DNA of 64,000 bases, from the IMG/VR virus record IMGVR_UViG_3300027747_002221, positions 62,001-126,000 of that record; one strand, written 5' to 3'. Shown in pieces: positions 18,126-27,240 of the stretch. Within the stretch, counting starts at the first letter, position 1. The number at the start of each line of letters is the position of its first letter. Below the pieces are notes generated by a model. The model ran no database searches and was not told where the DNA came from. It was given only the letters and a program-made list of their open reading frames with translations. Position numbers and translations under genes: made by a program.

Positions 18126-18517
18126 TATCTCTCCTCAAAAACAAGTCTGCATCCATTCTCACCATCTTCTGATACTTCTATAGTATAACATCTTGAAGGC
18201 CATTGCTCAAGACATCTGGCATACAATTCTCTTGCCATCATTTCGCATGATTTATAATCTAATTGTAATGTGCCATCAGAATACCATCGTTCCATAATAC
18301 GCTTTGCCTGAATAAATTCAACATCTCTGTTATCATGAAACACTTCCATTTCAACTTTAAAATGAAAAATATGCCTATGAGGCGTACCTAAAAAGGAAAC
18401 ATCTAACCAATCACCTGTAGCTAACTTGGGGTCAGTTGCAGCTGCAGGATACTTATGGATACCTTCTTTACGAAAGGTTGCCCATATATAACTTTTATTT
18501 AGTGTAAACATACTCAT
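18125..18517 (-). CDS. QueD-paralogous T-fold protein (DpdL-like, putative CDG decarboxylase)
   Basis: EGIH, LGTPHRHIF (LxxxHRHxF rather than QueD CxxxHGH), SCEMMA, VSEDGENG; adjacent to dpdA. Confidence 0.7.
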   Translation of the reverse strand: MSMFTLNKSYIWATFRKEGIHKYPAAATDPKLATGDWLDVSFLGTPHRHIFHFKVEMEVFHDNRDVEFIQAKRIMERWYSDGTLQLDYKSCEMMARELYARCLEQWPSRCYTIEVSEDGENGCRLVFEER

Positions 18518-19803
18518 CCAAATAACTCCTCAAGTGAAGATGGAGCCACAGCATTGACTGGCTCCGAATCCATAAATTTACCGACATGCTTTTCCCAATA
18601 AAGAAAATCCTCGTTTGTCTTTACATCAAATAATGTAGAGTATTCGTTTTCACAACCTTTGTCTCTGCAGAATCTTAAGAAATTTTCTTTTGAATTCATT
18701 AGTTCAGAAACATCCATTGTAAAGTTATGCACATTAGTTAAAATAAATGCCAATCTTGCTTTCATTACATCAATGAATTTGCCACCTTGTTCTAAATATA
18801 GACCAACCGCAATATTCATTAACTTGTGATATTCCTCGGGCGTATATTCTGTGCCACATACAGAATTAATCTCACTAACAACTGTTCTATAAATGTTAGA
18901 ATATTCTCTTCCCATTTTTACTGAAGAACCGCCATAATCACCTGGGCTATTTTTCTTACAGTGTGAGAAGTAAAACAATCCATTGTCCAATGACATAGAA
19001 TGTGTTGTAGAATCATACGAGATATCTACACCATCATATAGACCAGTTTGACTAAATAGCAAATAAGGTAAAATACGTTTAAGTGCACCTACACCTAAGA
19101 CGTGCAAATGAAATGGTCTTTCGAATGGAACAGAATTAACATAAAATGCCCGTTTAACATCTTCAAGGGGTCCCATACCCAATGCAGCTGATCCCATGGC
19201 AACACCACCGATACGATGATGTAGTTCTTTAGGTATTTCAGCTAACATACATTCTGCCCATTTAGCATAAGTATCTGCACCCGAACCTTGCAAAATGGCA
19301 AATGGTTTACACTTGCTCTTTAATGAATCAAATTTTAGAATTTGATCTTTAACATTTCTGCCTGTTGCTCTCGCATAAGACTCAAAATTTTCCATGTCAA
19401 CATATCTACGCTTAGTATCAATCTTTGCTGATACACCACTAGCAGATGTGGATTTTACTGGAATCTCATCAAACGCCATACCAATGTCAGCATATGTGCC
19501 TTGATTCTCATATACTTTGTTTCTTGTCTCTGGAGTATTCTGCAATCCTCGAGTAATAATTTGCAATCCCCCAGAGTCAGCATGAATATTTTTAATTGCT
19601 GGTCTAAACTTCTGCAACTTATTACCAAAGTTCTTTTCTGTAAATCCATTATACAATAATGAGAATTGGTGATTATTTTTATTATGAACAGTTTTATTAA
19701 TTAGATCAATAATCATTTGTAATGTCTCTGGATCATTACATTGTTCTGCACCCAGTCTCAGATATGCTGGACCTGATATTACATATTCTAAAATTTTACT
19801 CAT
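18514..19803 (-). CDS. dpdA: DpdA-like DNA 7-deazaguanine transglycosylase (TGT fold)
   Basis: TGT motifs in order: HADSGGLQ, FDEIP, ILQG, GVAMG, HLHVLG, SYDSTT; no tRNA-TGT zinc motif; que-gene context. Confidence 0.8.
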   Translation of the reverse strand: MSKILEYVISGPAYLRLGAEQCNDPETLQMIIDLINKTVHNKNNHQFSLLYNGFTEKNFGNKLQKFRPAIKNIHADSGGLQIITRGLQNTPETRNKVYENQGTYADIGMAFDEIPVKSTSASGVSAKIDTKRRYVDMENFESYARATGRNVKDQILKFDSLKSKCKPFAILQGSGADTYAKWAECMLAEIPKELHHRIGGVAMGSAALGMGPLEDVKRAFYVNSVPFERPFHLHVLGVGALKRILPYLLFSQTGLYDGVDISYDSTTHSMSLDNGLFYFSHCKKNSPGDYGGSSVKMGREYSNIYRTVVSEINSVCGTEYTPEEYHKLMNIAVGLYLEQGGKFIDVMKARLAFILTNVHNFTMDVSELMNSKENFLRFCRDKGCENEYSTLFDVKTNEDFLYWEKHVGKFMDSEPVNAVAPSSLEELFG

Positions 19804-21164
19804 GCGAATAAGCTTTCTAAAGTATCTGTTTCTTTTTCAGATGGTATGAAGTTTGGATCTTTTGCCAAGTATGTGTCTTTGTCTGTATAAATTATATTAT
19901 ACTTTGACTTATTTGTCAATACACTTTTGACATCATCTATTGCTAAGAATGACCTATTTAGTATGCGAACAAAGTCAATATATTTAATTTCGGAATACTC
20001 ATTTATTTTTGCAGAATCTGATTTTGATGTGACCGAAGGGGCGTATGATTCTACAAAGTCTTTCCAATACTTTGCTGTGCCCGAATCCAAATCTTTAATA
20101 TATTGTAGTGCACCATTACCATACCATTTTTCAGGTTTCATTCCATAAACAGCCTTAATAGCTTCGCCTGCTTCTGATACTGGTTTTCTAATATAATATT
20201 TTTTATCGAAGTTTGTTACCCATTCCGATTTGTCAATAACAACACATGGCATATGACCAAGACATTCAAAGAATGTAAATGGATAATTTTCTCGTAAAGA
20301 AGGATTAAAATGAACTTTTGCAGATTTAATAAAGTCTACTTTTTCGTCACCAACAACTCCTGACTTAATTTCATAATTAGTAATTTCCAATTCTGCGAGA
20401 CGAGCTTCGAATTTTTTCTTACCATTACTATTAGTAATAATCTTTGCAGGCAATCCTGTTTCTTTTATAATTTTAAGAAATGCTTCAGGATTTTTTCTAT
20501 CTTCCCAACGACCAATATAAAGTACACCCTCTCTTGTTCCATTATTTTCTACAAGGAGACCTCGTTCAGACATAGGCATAGGTAATTTTTTAACATTGAT
20601 TCCCCCGTTGCCTGAGATTTCATTCACGTTACGATCAGATTGCGTACCAATATAACAATTTTCAAGATTCATTAAATTATTAAAGAACTCATTGCAACTT
20701 TCACTAAACACCCCTTTGAATTTTCTAGTGTCACGGAACACCATACTTTCCTCATGTGTGTAGAATACAACTGGGATATATTTGTTTAGATCAAAAGATA
20801 AAGCAGCAGGCATTGCTTCTAATGAATTACATACTATCATATCATATAGATTAGTATTAAATGCTTTCATTATAGCATTCCTAAAATTGAGCATCTTCTC
20901 AAAATTAATAGAATCAGTAAATGCAAATGTGCCGGTATGATTCTTATATGACATAGGCGCATCCGAAGTGATTATGTTAGCACCTAAAGACTCAACCAGT
21001 GCACCGAAATCGTTACTTGACGCCTTATCTAAAATTAAATCAACTTTCCAATTTAAGTCTTTAGCCATCTCAGTAAAGCCTTTAGCAAATTGCCCTATAC
21101 CTCCGTGGGGTACAAGATGTTGATCACTAATACAAAAAGCAATACGCTTACTATATATTTTCAT
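19800..21164 (-). CDS. Glycosyltransferase (GT-B, GT4-like)
   Basis: PHGGIGQF, LYIGRWEDRKNPE, NPSLRENYPFTFFE. Confidence 0.82.
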   Translation of the reverse strand: MKIYSKRIAFCISDQHLVPHGGIGQFAKGFTEMAKDLNWKVDLILDKASSNDFGALVESLGANIITSDAPMSYKNHTGTFAFTDSINFEKMLNFRNAIMKAFNTNLYDMIVCNSLEAMPAALSFDLNKYIPVVFYTHEESMVFRDTRKFKGVFSESCNEFFNNLMNLENCYIGTQSDRNVNEISGNGGINVKKLPMPMSERGLLVENNGTREGVLYIGRWEDRKNPEAFLKIIKETGLPAKIITNSNGKKKFEARLAELEITNYEIKSGVVGDEKVDFIKSAKVHFNPSLRENYPFTFFECLGHMPCVVIDKSEWVTNFDKKYYIRKPVSEAGEAIKAVYGMKPEKWYGNGALQYIKDLDSGTAKYWKDFVESYAPSVTSKSDSAKINEYSEIKYIDFVRILNRSFLAIDDVKSVLTNKSKYNIIYTDKDTYLAKDPNFIPSEKETDTLESLFA

Positions 21165-21166
21165 AC

Positions 21167-21676
21167 TTATTCACCTAGTATTTTGATTAGATGTTTAGTC
21201 TGATGCATAGCATCATCTAAAGCATTATGATATGTTCCTTCTCTTGCATCTGCAGGTACCCAATGGAATAATGCTTTAACTGTGCGATAGCAACGATCAT
21301 CCCAGCATTTCCATGGAGGTTCTCTATCAGTGTTAAAATACGCATTTGCTAAAATTGTATTATCGAAGACTGCACCGTTGCCCCATACAGGTAGGCTCTT
21401 AGGTCCGAACCATTCCTCAAATTCATCTAGTGCTTGTTTTAGTGGGATATTATTGCGGGTAAGTTCTCGCAGTGCTTCTTTATTTTGTTCAGACCACCAT
21501 TTGACTGTCTCTTTTGAGATATGCATTCCTGCATCTTTACAAGTCTTAATGTCTACAGTACAATAAAAAGTATCTAGTATTTCTTTACCTTCAAATTTTA
21601 CTGCACCTATTGAGCAAATAGCAGCATTAGATCTTGTTGACATTGTTTCCAAATCAACCATAATATTAACTGTCAT
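21167..21676 (-). CDS. DEDDh 3'-5' exonuclease (DexA / RNase AS-like)
   Basis: MVDLET, IGAV.F, WGNGA.FD, R..RT, HNALDDA. Confidence 0.88.
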   Translation of the reverse strand: MTVNIMVDLETMSTRSNAAICSIGAVKFEGKEILDTFYCTVDIKTCKDAGMHISKETVKWWSEQNKEALRELTRNNIPLKQALDEFEEWFGPKSLPVWGNGAVFDNTILANAYFNTDREPPWKCWDDRCYRTVKALFHWVPADAREGTYHNALDDAMHQTKHLIKILGE

Positions 21677-21684
21677 ATATTGTC

Positions 21685-22620
21685 CTATTGTAATTCTTTC
21701 ACCCATTGTTCCACGTAGTTAGACCAATCATAAGATTTGGCATGTTCTCTTATACTATAACATCTTTCTCTATATTTTTCTGGTCTATCCCTATAGTATT
21801 TTAAAGCATTTACTGCAAATTCCATAAATTCGTTTTCTTCGATTGGTACAGAAATGCCCCCGAAAATACCAACTTTATCGTTCCACCATCCGACACTAGT
21901 ACCAATAACTAATTTACCTGCGGCACCTGCTTCTAATAAAGGCAAACTACCACCTTCTTCAAAACTAGATACAATAATAGCATCAACTGCTTTATAAAAA
22001 CCTGGCATAGTAACAAAACTATTATGATAATTACTTGCTACCCTAAATTCTAACCCTGCTTTTTCTGTAGCTTCACTTGCAAGGTAACCTCTTTTTTTAT
22101 ATCTAGGTTGCGATATAGGACTGTCTATCATTTCTTGAGTAAATTCATTGCGCCCATGATATGCACTGGCATACCCTACTACACGAAGTTGTTCATTCGG
22201 TTCAGTATAAAAAGAATTATAAGTAATACCGATAGGATAAACGACAGGTTCTCTAGGTATACCTATGGTTTTACTATAATCTTTTAAAAAATTACTAACA
22301 ACACCAAAGTTTTTAACATGATTAAAATCTTCGAAACCATATTTATAACCATATTCAGTTAAATCCAAAGTAGCATGACCTATAACAATACACCGCTCTA
22401 AAGGAATACTAAAAGAATTTTTTAATACTGCAAGCCCGTGGGGGTTTGTTACCCAGAAATCTATTAACAAATCTAATTCACGTATTTCTTCTACAGAATA
22501 TATTTTATCCCAAGGAAGTAAATTACAGTTATATCCATAGTTCCAAAGATATTTAAATAGACCATAATGAATAGATCCCAGTGCCCATTCATTATCAAAT
22601 AAAAAAACTACATTTTTCAC
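21685..22620 (-). CDS. Glycosyltransferase (GT-B-like)
   Basis: KKRG, FYKAVDAIIVSSFEEGGSLPLLEAGAAGKLVIGT.VG, YDWS. Confidence 0.8.
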   Translation of the reverse strand: MKNVVFLFDNEWALGSIHYGLFKYLWNYGYNCNLLPWDKIYSVEEIRELDLLIDFWVTNPHGLAVLKNSFSIPLERCIVIGHATLDLTEYGYKYGFEDFNHVKNFGVVSNFLKDYSKTIGIPREPVVYPIGITYNSFYTEPNEQLRVVGYASAYHGRNEFTQEMIDSPISQPRYKKRGYLASEATEKAGLEFRVASNYHNSFVTMPGFYKAVDAIIVSSFEEGGSLPLLEAGAAGKLVIGTSVGWWNDKVGIFGGISVPIEENEFMEFAVNALKYYRDRPEKYRERCYSIREHAKSYDWSNYVEQWVKELQ

Positions 22621-23297
22621 TTACCGCACATTCTTGCAATACTTAAAAATTCATTTCTTGCTGATGGATCTGTTTTAAATCCGCCACCTAAACGAACTGT
22701 AACTGTGGATGAACCTGTATCTTCAACCCCTCTAGATTTGACACAGTAATGTTGGGCGTCAATCATGACAGCAACATCCTCAGTATCAAGAATAAATTGA
22801 AGTGTATGAAAAATTTGTTCTGTTAGACGTTCTTGAATTTGCGGGCGTTTACTAAAATATTCTACAATACGATTGATCTTGGAGAGTCCAAGAACTCGTG
22901 CTTTCGGAACATATGCCACAGTAGCAACACCGTCAATTACTACAAAATGATGCTCACAATTGCTTTGAACATTTACATTTCTTTCTACAACCATTTCGTT
23001 GTAGTTCATTTTATTGTCTACTGTTGTACATTTAGGAAATGCATCATAGTCCAATCCCCAGAAAATTTCATTAACATACATCTTAGCAACACGGTTTGGT
23101 GTTTCTATTAGACTATCATCTGTTAAATCTAATCCCAATGTTCGCATAATAGTACTAAAAGCTTTTTCTATAAGTTCAATCTTTATTTTGCGATCTATAC
23201 CATTGTTTTCGTAAGGTGTTTCAACACCCATTTTAACTAGATGTTCATGAACCTTTAGACCAAGTTCAGAGTCAGTTTTTGTTTTGTTGTATGACAT
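22617..23297 (-). CDS. folE: GTP cyclohydrolase I
   Basis: ETP.RVAKMY, CEHH, GLSKINR, RPQIQERLT, HYCVKSRGV. Confidence 0.97.
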   Translation of the reverse strand: MSYNKTKTDSELGLKVHEHLVKMGVETPYENNGIDRKIKIELIEKAFSTIMRTLGLDLTDDSLIETPNRVAKMYVNEIFWGLDYDAFPKCTTVDNKMNYNEMVVERNVNVQSNCEHHFVVIDGVATVAYVPKARVLGLSKINRIVEYFSKRPQIQERLTEQIFHTLQFILDTEDVAVMIDAQHYCVKSRGVEDTGSSTVTVRLGGGFKTDPSARNEFLSIARMCGK

Positions 23298-23361
23298 TTT
23301 TGAATCCTTCCTTACACGGATATGATAATTGAATTTTGTTACCTTTGTGTAACATTATTAT

Positions 23362-23556
23362 TTATGCCTTTGCTTTAGCCTCAGCACGAGTATTTTTCTC
23401 TTCGGTAATCTCATTACGACGGGCTTTGACAGCTTTGGACAATTCTGCTAATGCCTTACGAGCACGGGTTCCTGCAGCACTATTGCCTTTGGTAAATTTT
23501 TCATTCTCAGTCTCATAAGATGCTAAGCTTGTTTTGATATCGTTATGTGCATTCAT
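23362..23556 (-). CDS. Histone H1-like (Hc1-family) small basic protein
   Basis: KF.KGN.AAGTRARKAL.EL......R.EI. Confidence 0.75.
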   Translation of the reverse strand: MNAHNDIKTSLASYETENEKFTKGNSAAGTRARKALAELSKAVKARRNEITEEKNTRAEAKAKA

Positions 23557-23584
23557 ACTATTTCCTTTTTGTTAATATTTTCAT

Positions 23585-24427
23585 TTATGTTCCCCATTCG
23601 TTTTTGAACAATGGGACTTGTAGTCTGTCACTATATCGCCAGCCTTTTTTCATTGCCAATTCTGCAACTGTTCTGTTATTAAGATTATAAAGTTCTGGAA
23701 CACCGCCACACGGCATAAGATATACAGGACCTTTAAAACCCTTTTTACTATATTCATTTACTGCTTGTTCCGCTTCTTCTGCATCTTCTTTAGTTGCTAT
23801 CACAAACTTCAAATAAGTAAAGCCAGTATTGTAATATTGTTGAACAACATCAGAGCAAATAGCATCTTCCCAACTCTCACCACTGATACTTAGTTTAGGA
23901 CTAACACTAAACGTCAGACAATGTAGGAAACGATGCTTCTTCCAATCATTTAAGAAAGTAACTAATTCAGATTCTAACAACTGTGTACCATTAGTTTCAA
24001 ATGTTATTTCTTGTAAGCCACGCATATTATCATGTGATAATAAATCGGGATAAGCACGTTGCCAACCTAGTAGCGGTTCACCACCCGTGATAACCAAATG
24101 CTCATCTTTCCAACGACCATGAGGGAGTAAATCGGTAATAGTATCAACAATAGTATTGGTGTCGAGAACAGGACTGAGATGTTTGAAGCGTGGATCCCAA
24201 CTCGCATAACTATCACATCCAGTAGATACAAGTGGTAGTGATTTATAAGATTTAAACTTTTCTCCGTCCACCGCAAAACGCTCAACACTTTTTTCTCCCT
24301 TGGACATTCCAAAGCCATCACATTTAAAGTTGCAACCGAATGTTCTCAAAAAAACAGAGGGTACGCCCATATAACGACCCTCGCCCTGTATACTATAAAA
24401 TAGTTCAGATATTTTCAGCTTGCTCAT
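23585..24427 (-). CDS. queE: 7-carboxy-7-deazaguanine synthase (radical SAM)
   Basis: ELFYSIQGEG, FLRTFGCNFKC...(insert)...GCDS, ITGGEP, ETNGT, SVSPK; start trimmed to MSKL. Confidence 0.92.
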   Translation of the reverse strand: MSKLKISELFYSIQGEGRYMGVPSVFLRTFGCNFKCDGFGMSKGEKSVERFAVDGEKFKSYKSLPLVSTGCDSYASWDPRFKHLSPVLDTNTIVDTITDLLPHGRWKDEHLVITGGEPLLGWQRAYPDLLSHDNMRGLQEITFETNGTQLLESELVTFLNDWKKHRFLHCLTFSVSPKLSISGESWEDAICSDVVQQYYNTGFTYLKFVIATKEDAEEAEQAVNEYSKKGFKGPVYLMPCGGVPELYNLNNRTVAELAMKKGWRYSDRLQVPLFKNEWGT

Positions 24428-24686
24428 ATATTGTAGACCATTCCCTAAGTTTATCAAATTTTCTATGTTGCGCTTCTTTGACTTGTAGATAATCTACAAT
24501 ACCATTATCGTAGCATAGTTCAATCATTGCTATAAGATCACCAATTTCTTCAGTCAATCGTTGTCGATTGGTAGCACCATTATATTCACCATCTATTCCA
24601 AAGCGTAAACATTTTGAAATTGCTTGTGTTACTTCTGCACATTCTTCTTGAAGAATAAGCATAACTTCTTTTTTAGAATCATTCAT
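24405..24686 (-). CDS. MazG-like nucleotide pyrophosphohydrolase
   Basis: EECAEV.QAISK..RFG, EEIGDL. Confidence 0.8.
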   Translation of the reverse strand: MNDSKKEVMLILQEECAEVTQAISKCLRFGIDGEYNGATNRQRLTEEIGDLIAMIELCYDNGIVDYLQVKEAQHRKFDKLREWSTIYEQAENI

Positions 24687-24717
24687 AATATAAAGTATTT
24701 AGTTGTTAATATTGTCT

Positions 24718-24746
24718 ATTATATAATATTTAGTCAATCATGTCAA
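24718..24746 (-). promoter_or_regulatory. Consensus sigma70 promoter TTGACA-17-TATAAT heading the deazaguanine cluster
   Basis: Minus strand TTGACA tgattgactaaatatta TATAAT, ~30 nt before mazG-like ATG. Confidence 0.8.
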
Positions 24747-25368
24747 TAAAAGAATTATCTTTTTCTACCAATTTCTTTTTTCTTGTTTTCGTTTCTGAGG
24801 GGGTTTCCCGTCTTTCGGGATCTATATTGTCCAATTGTTTTTTCAAATAATCCACAAGTTGCCTACTTGTTTCTGAATCATCACTATTTTGAATAATCGA
24901 ATCTAAATCTAAATTTTCAATAATTTTATATTTAGTTGCCTGATGCTTTTTTTCTTTTTGGATTCTGCGGATAAAGGCAAAGTAAATAATTTGCGTATAA
25001 TATGCAAACGGATTAGATGATTTTGCTGGGTCAAATTTTGTGGCAGCCGTCAAACAATTTTCTATACCATCAGAAACCATATCATCTTTAAATGTATAAT
25101 TAATAAAATTTGATTTATATGATAAGTGCGTAGCAATTTTAATAAAACATTCGCCTATGTACCTTGGTACTTGGGGAATCTGTTCATTCTTTTCCTTTGC
25201 AGCATCTATACTAGTTTTGTAATCTATAAGTGCAGCTAAGAATTTTTTATTATCTACGTAATGTGAGGTTTGAGGAATCTCAGTGGAGTCTTTTTGTATT
25301 TCTACCGACTCGACCAATAATGATTCCTTCTCCGTATTCTTCAGTTTCTTTGTCTTCATTTGTTTCAT
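24730..25368 (-). CDS. 55: Late-transcription sigma factor gp55 (start uncertain)
   Basis: HYVDNK.F, YIGECF.KIA.HLS.K.NF.NY, DM.SDGIENC, NPFAYYTQI.Y.AF.RRI.KEK. Confidence 0.95.
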   Translation of the reverse strand: MKQMKTKKLKNTEKESLLVESVEIQKDSTEIPQTSHYVDNKKFLAALIDYKTSIDAAKEKNEQIPQVPRYIGECFIKIATHLSYKSNFINYTFKDDMVSDGIENCLTAATKFDPAKSSNPFAYYTQIIYFAFIRRIQKEKKHQATKYKIIENLDLDSIIQNSDDSETSRQLVDYLKKQLDNIDPERRETPSETKTRKKKLVEKDNSFIDMID

Positions 25369-25759
25369 CTCCTAATCTATTTAAAAATTCTTCAATCGTT
25401 TCTTCACCTGTTTCAATAACATCCTCATCATCGTCCGGAATAAGTAAGTCTTCTTCCTTGTCCCGTTCAGATAGATAAGTTAAATAATTATTTTTTAAAT
25501 TTTCTTTTATGTTTATTACAAGCACAATTTGACTTGTTGGAATTGTATAAACTTCCTCACCAGAAAAACTAAATAATGGATACATAATATACGATTCCAC
25601 TACGCCCCTAGAAGAAGGCATACGTATTGCAGATAAGATAACAGGCTGGGTTACTTGTATAATCTTTCTATCGTAAATATCCTCACAATTATCTGTTGTC
25701 ATACAAATGATATTATCACCTGAAGATAATTTTAAATATTTGTAGTAAAGATCTTCCAT
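25280..25759 (-). CDS. Conserved T4-like hypothetical protein (Sm-like N-domain, acidic tail)
   Basis: KLSSGDNII; usual position between uvsW and gp55. Confidence 0.7.
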   Translation of the reverse strand: MEDLYYKYLKLSSGDNIICMTTDNCEDIYDRKIIQVTQPVILSAIRMPSSRGVVESYIMYPLFSFSGEEVYTIPTSQIVLVINIKENLKNNYLTYLSERDKEEDLLIPDDDEDVIETGEETIEEFLNRLGDETNEDKETEEYGEGIIIGRVGRNTKRLH

Positions 25760-27240
25760 TATATTTTTACCTTTACTAATTTGTAGTTGAAATGCTCATC
25801 ATTGTATATTTTAATCCGTTCAACCATATGGAGTAAAGTATAATTCTTTTTACTTTTCCATGTTAGGTCATCCGCAATATCATAAAGGTTACATGATGTT
25901 TTAGTTTCGCTTGTTCTCAAACCTCTACCTATAGATTGTAAATTTCTAATTCTAGATTTTGACGGAGATGCAAAAATAATATTATGTAGATTTTTAATAT
26001 TTATTCCTGTAGAGAATGTTCCATAGCTAGCAACAATAATAGCATCAGGTTCTAGTTCTGTAATTCTACGGATATCCTCGCGTTGTTCTGTATCTGTTCC
26101 ACCGAATACAAAAAAGACTTTTCTATTTTCCGCTTTTTCCTTAATCATCTCATATAATGGTTTGCCGTGCTTTTCAACATATTGGAATAATACTAAAGTA
26201 TTACCCGTCTGCTTTAACGCAAGATTACGTATAAATTTATTTCTTGGTTCATGCTGAACTATAAAATCCATCTCATCTTGATATGACTTGCCCTTTATTC
26301 CTTTTCTCAATTCGTCGCTGTATTCTAATATTATATTATAAATCTCAAGATTTGCCAACTGGTTATCCGAAATAAGTTTCTTAGTTGTGGTAACTTTGTA
26401 TACCGCACCAAATAGTCCTTCAAGAACTAACTTATGTGTTTTGGTTCCATCCAATGTTCCAGTAGTACCAATTCTATAGGGTGATGTAGTACATTTATTT
26501 AGAATACTTGTTAAAGACTTGGCTTTAAAATTATGTGCCTCGTCCCCATAAATTACTTTAAAATCTTTAAAGAAAGGTTTGGGTAGTTTATATAACGATT
26601 GCCATGTACTAATAACAACATCATATTCATTGGATTTTTCGTGACCTCCGTAAATACGATGGCAATGCTCAGATGTTTTCCAATTATTCAAACAAGAATA
26701 ATCTTGGAAATCCGAATACATTTGTTCTACGAGGGAGGTTGTAGGTACAAGGATTAATTGTCGTCTACTGTATCTTTCGTGCCAACGAATAAGACAATAG
26801 ATTATAAGGGATTTTCCTGAACCAGTGGGAGATAGCAAAAGGCGTCTTCCATCTTTAATAGATTGAAAAACTGCATCTACTTGGTAATCTCGAATTTCTA
26901 TAGGCTTTCCCTTTGAGCCTATATTTAAATCTTCACAAAATTTTCTAACAATATCGTAAGTTACGGCATCGCATTCCTGTACATAATTACTGTAATCTAT
27001 AGTATAATCTCTTTCGTCACAGAATCTTTCTAGATATTCTTTTAATCCAACATACAGTTCCTGCGTGAACATAGAATATAGACGAACCTTGCCGTCCCAC
27101 ATACGAGACTTATAGAGGGGATGAAACTTTGCTCCGGGTACATCAAATGAAAAATGATCATTTAATTCCTGTCCAAGAGAAGGTTCACATTTTACTCTAA
27201 GATAAACTTCATCTTTTTTCGATAATACTATATCTGCCAT
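25759..27240 (-). CDS. uvsW: UvsW DNA helicase
   Basis: WDGK.RL, RDYQ, SPTGSGKS, DEAH, GTTGT, QSIGR.LR. Confidence 0.96.
   Translation of the reverse strand: MADIVLSKKDEVYLRVKCEPSLGQELNDHFSFDVPGAKFHPLYKSRMWDGKVRLYSMFTQELYVGLKEYLERFCDERDYTIDYSNYVQECDAVTYDIVRKFCEDLNIGSKGKPIEIRDYQVDAVFQSIKDGRRLLLSPTGSGKSLIIYCLIRWHERYSRRQLILVPTTSLVEQMYSDFQDYSCLNNWKTSEHCHRIYGGHEKSNEYDVVISTWQSLYKLPKPFFKDFKVIYGDEAHNFKAKSLTSILNKCTTSPYRIGTTGTLDGTKTHKLVLEGLFGAVYKVTTTKKLISDNQLANLEIYNIILEYSDELRKGIKGKSYQDEMDFIVQHEPRNKFIRNLALKQTGNTLVLFQYVEKHGKPLYEMIKEKAENRKVFFVFGGTDTEQREDIRRITELEPDAIIVASYGTFSTGINIKNLHNIIFASPSKSRIRNLQSIGRGLRTSETKTSCNLYDIADDLTWKSKKNYTLLHMVERIKIYNDEHFNYKLVKVKI

Noticed and set aside
18514-19803. Annotation as tRNA-guanine transglycosylase (queuosine tRNA modification)
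   Set aside because: Lacks the zinc-binding motif of tRNA TGTs, and there is no queA or queF; phage context favours DNA-acting DpdA.
25280-25368. Long overlap between gp55 and the upstream gene
   Set aside because: Probably a start-site artefact; conserved gp55 sequence begins near HYVDNK.
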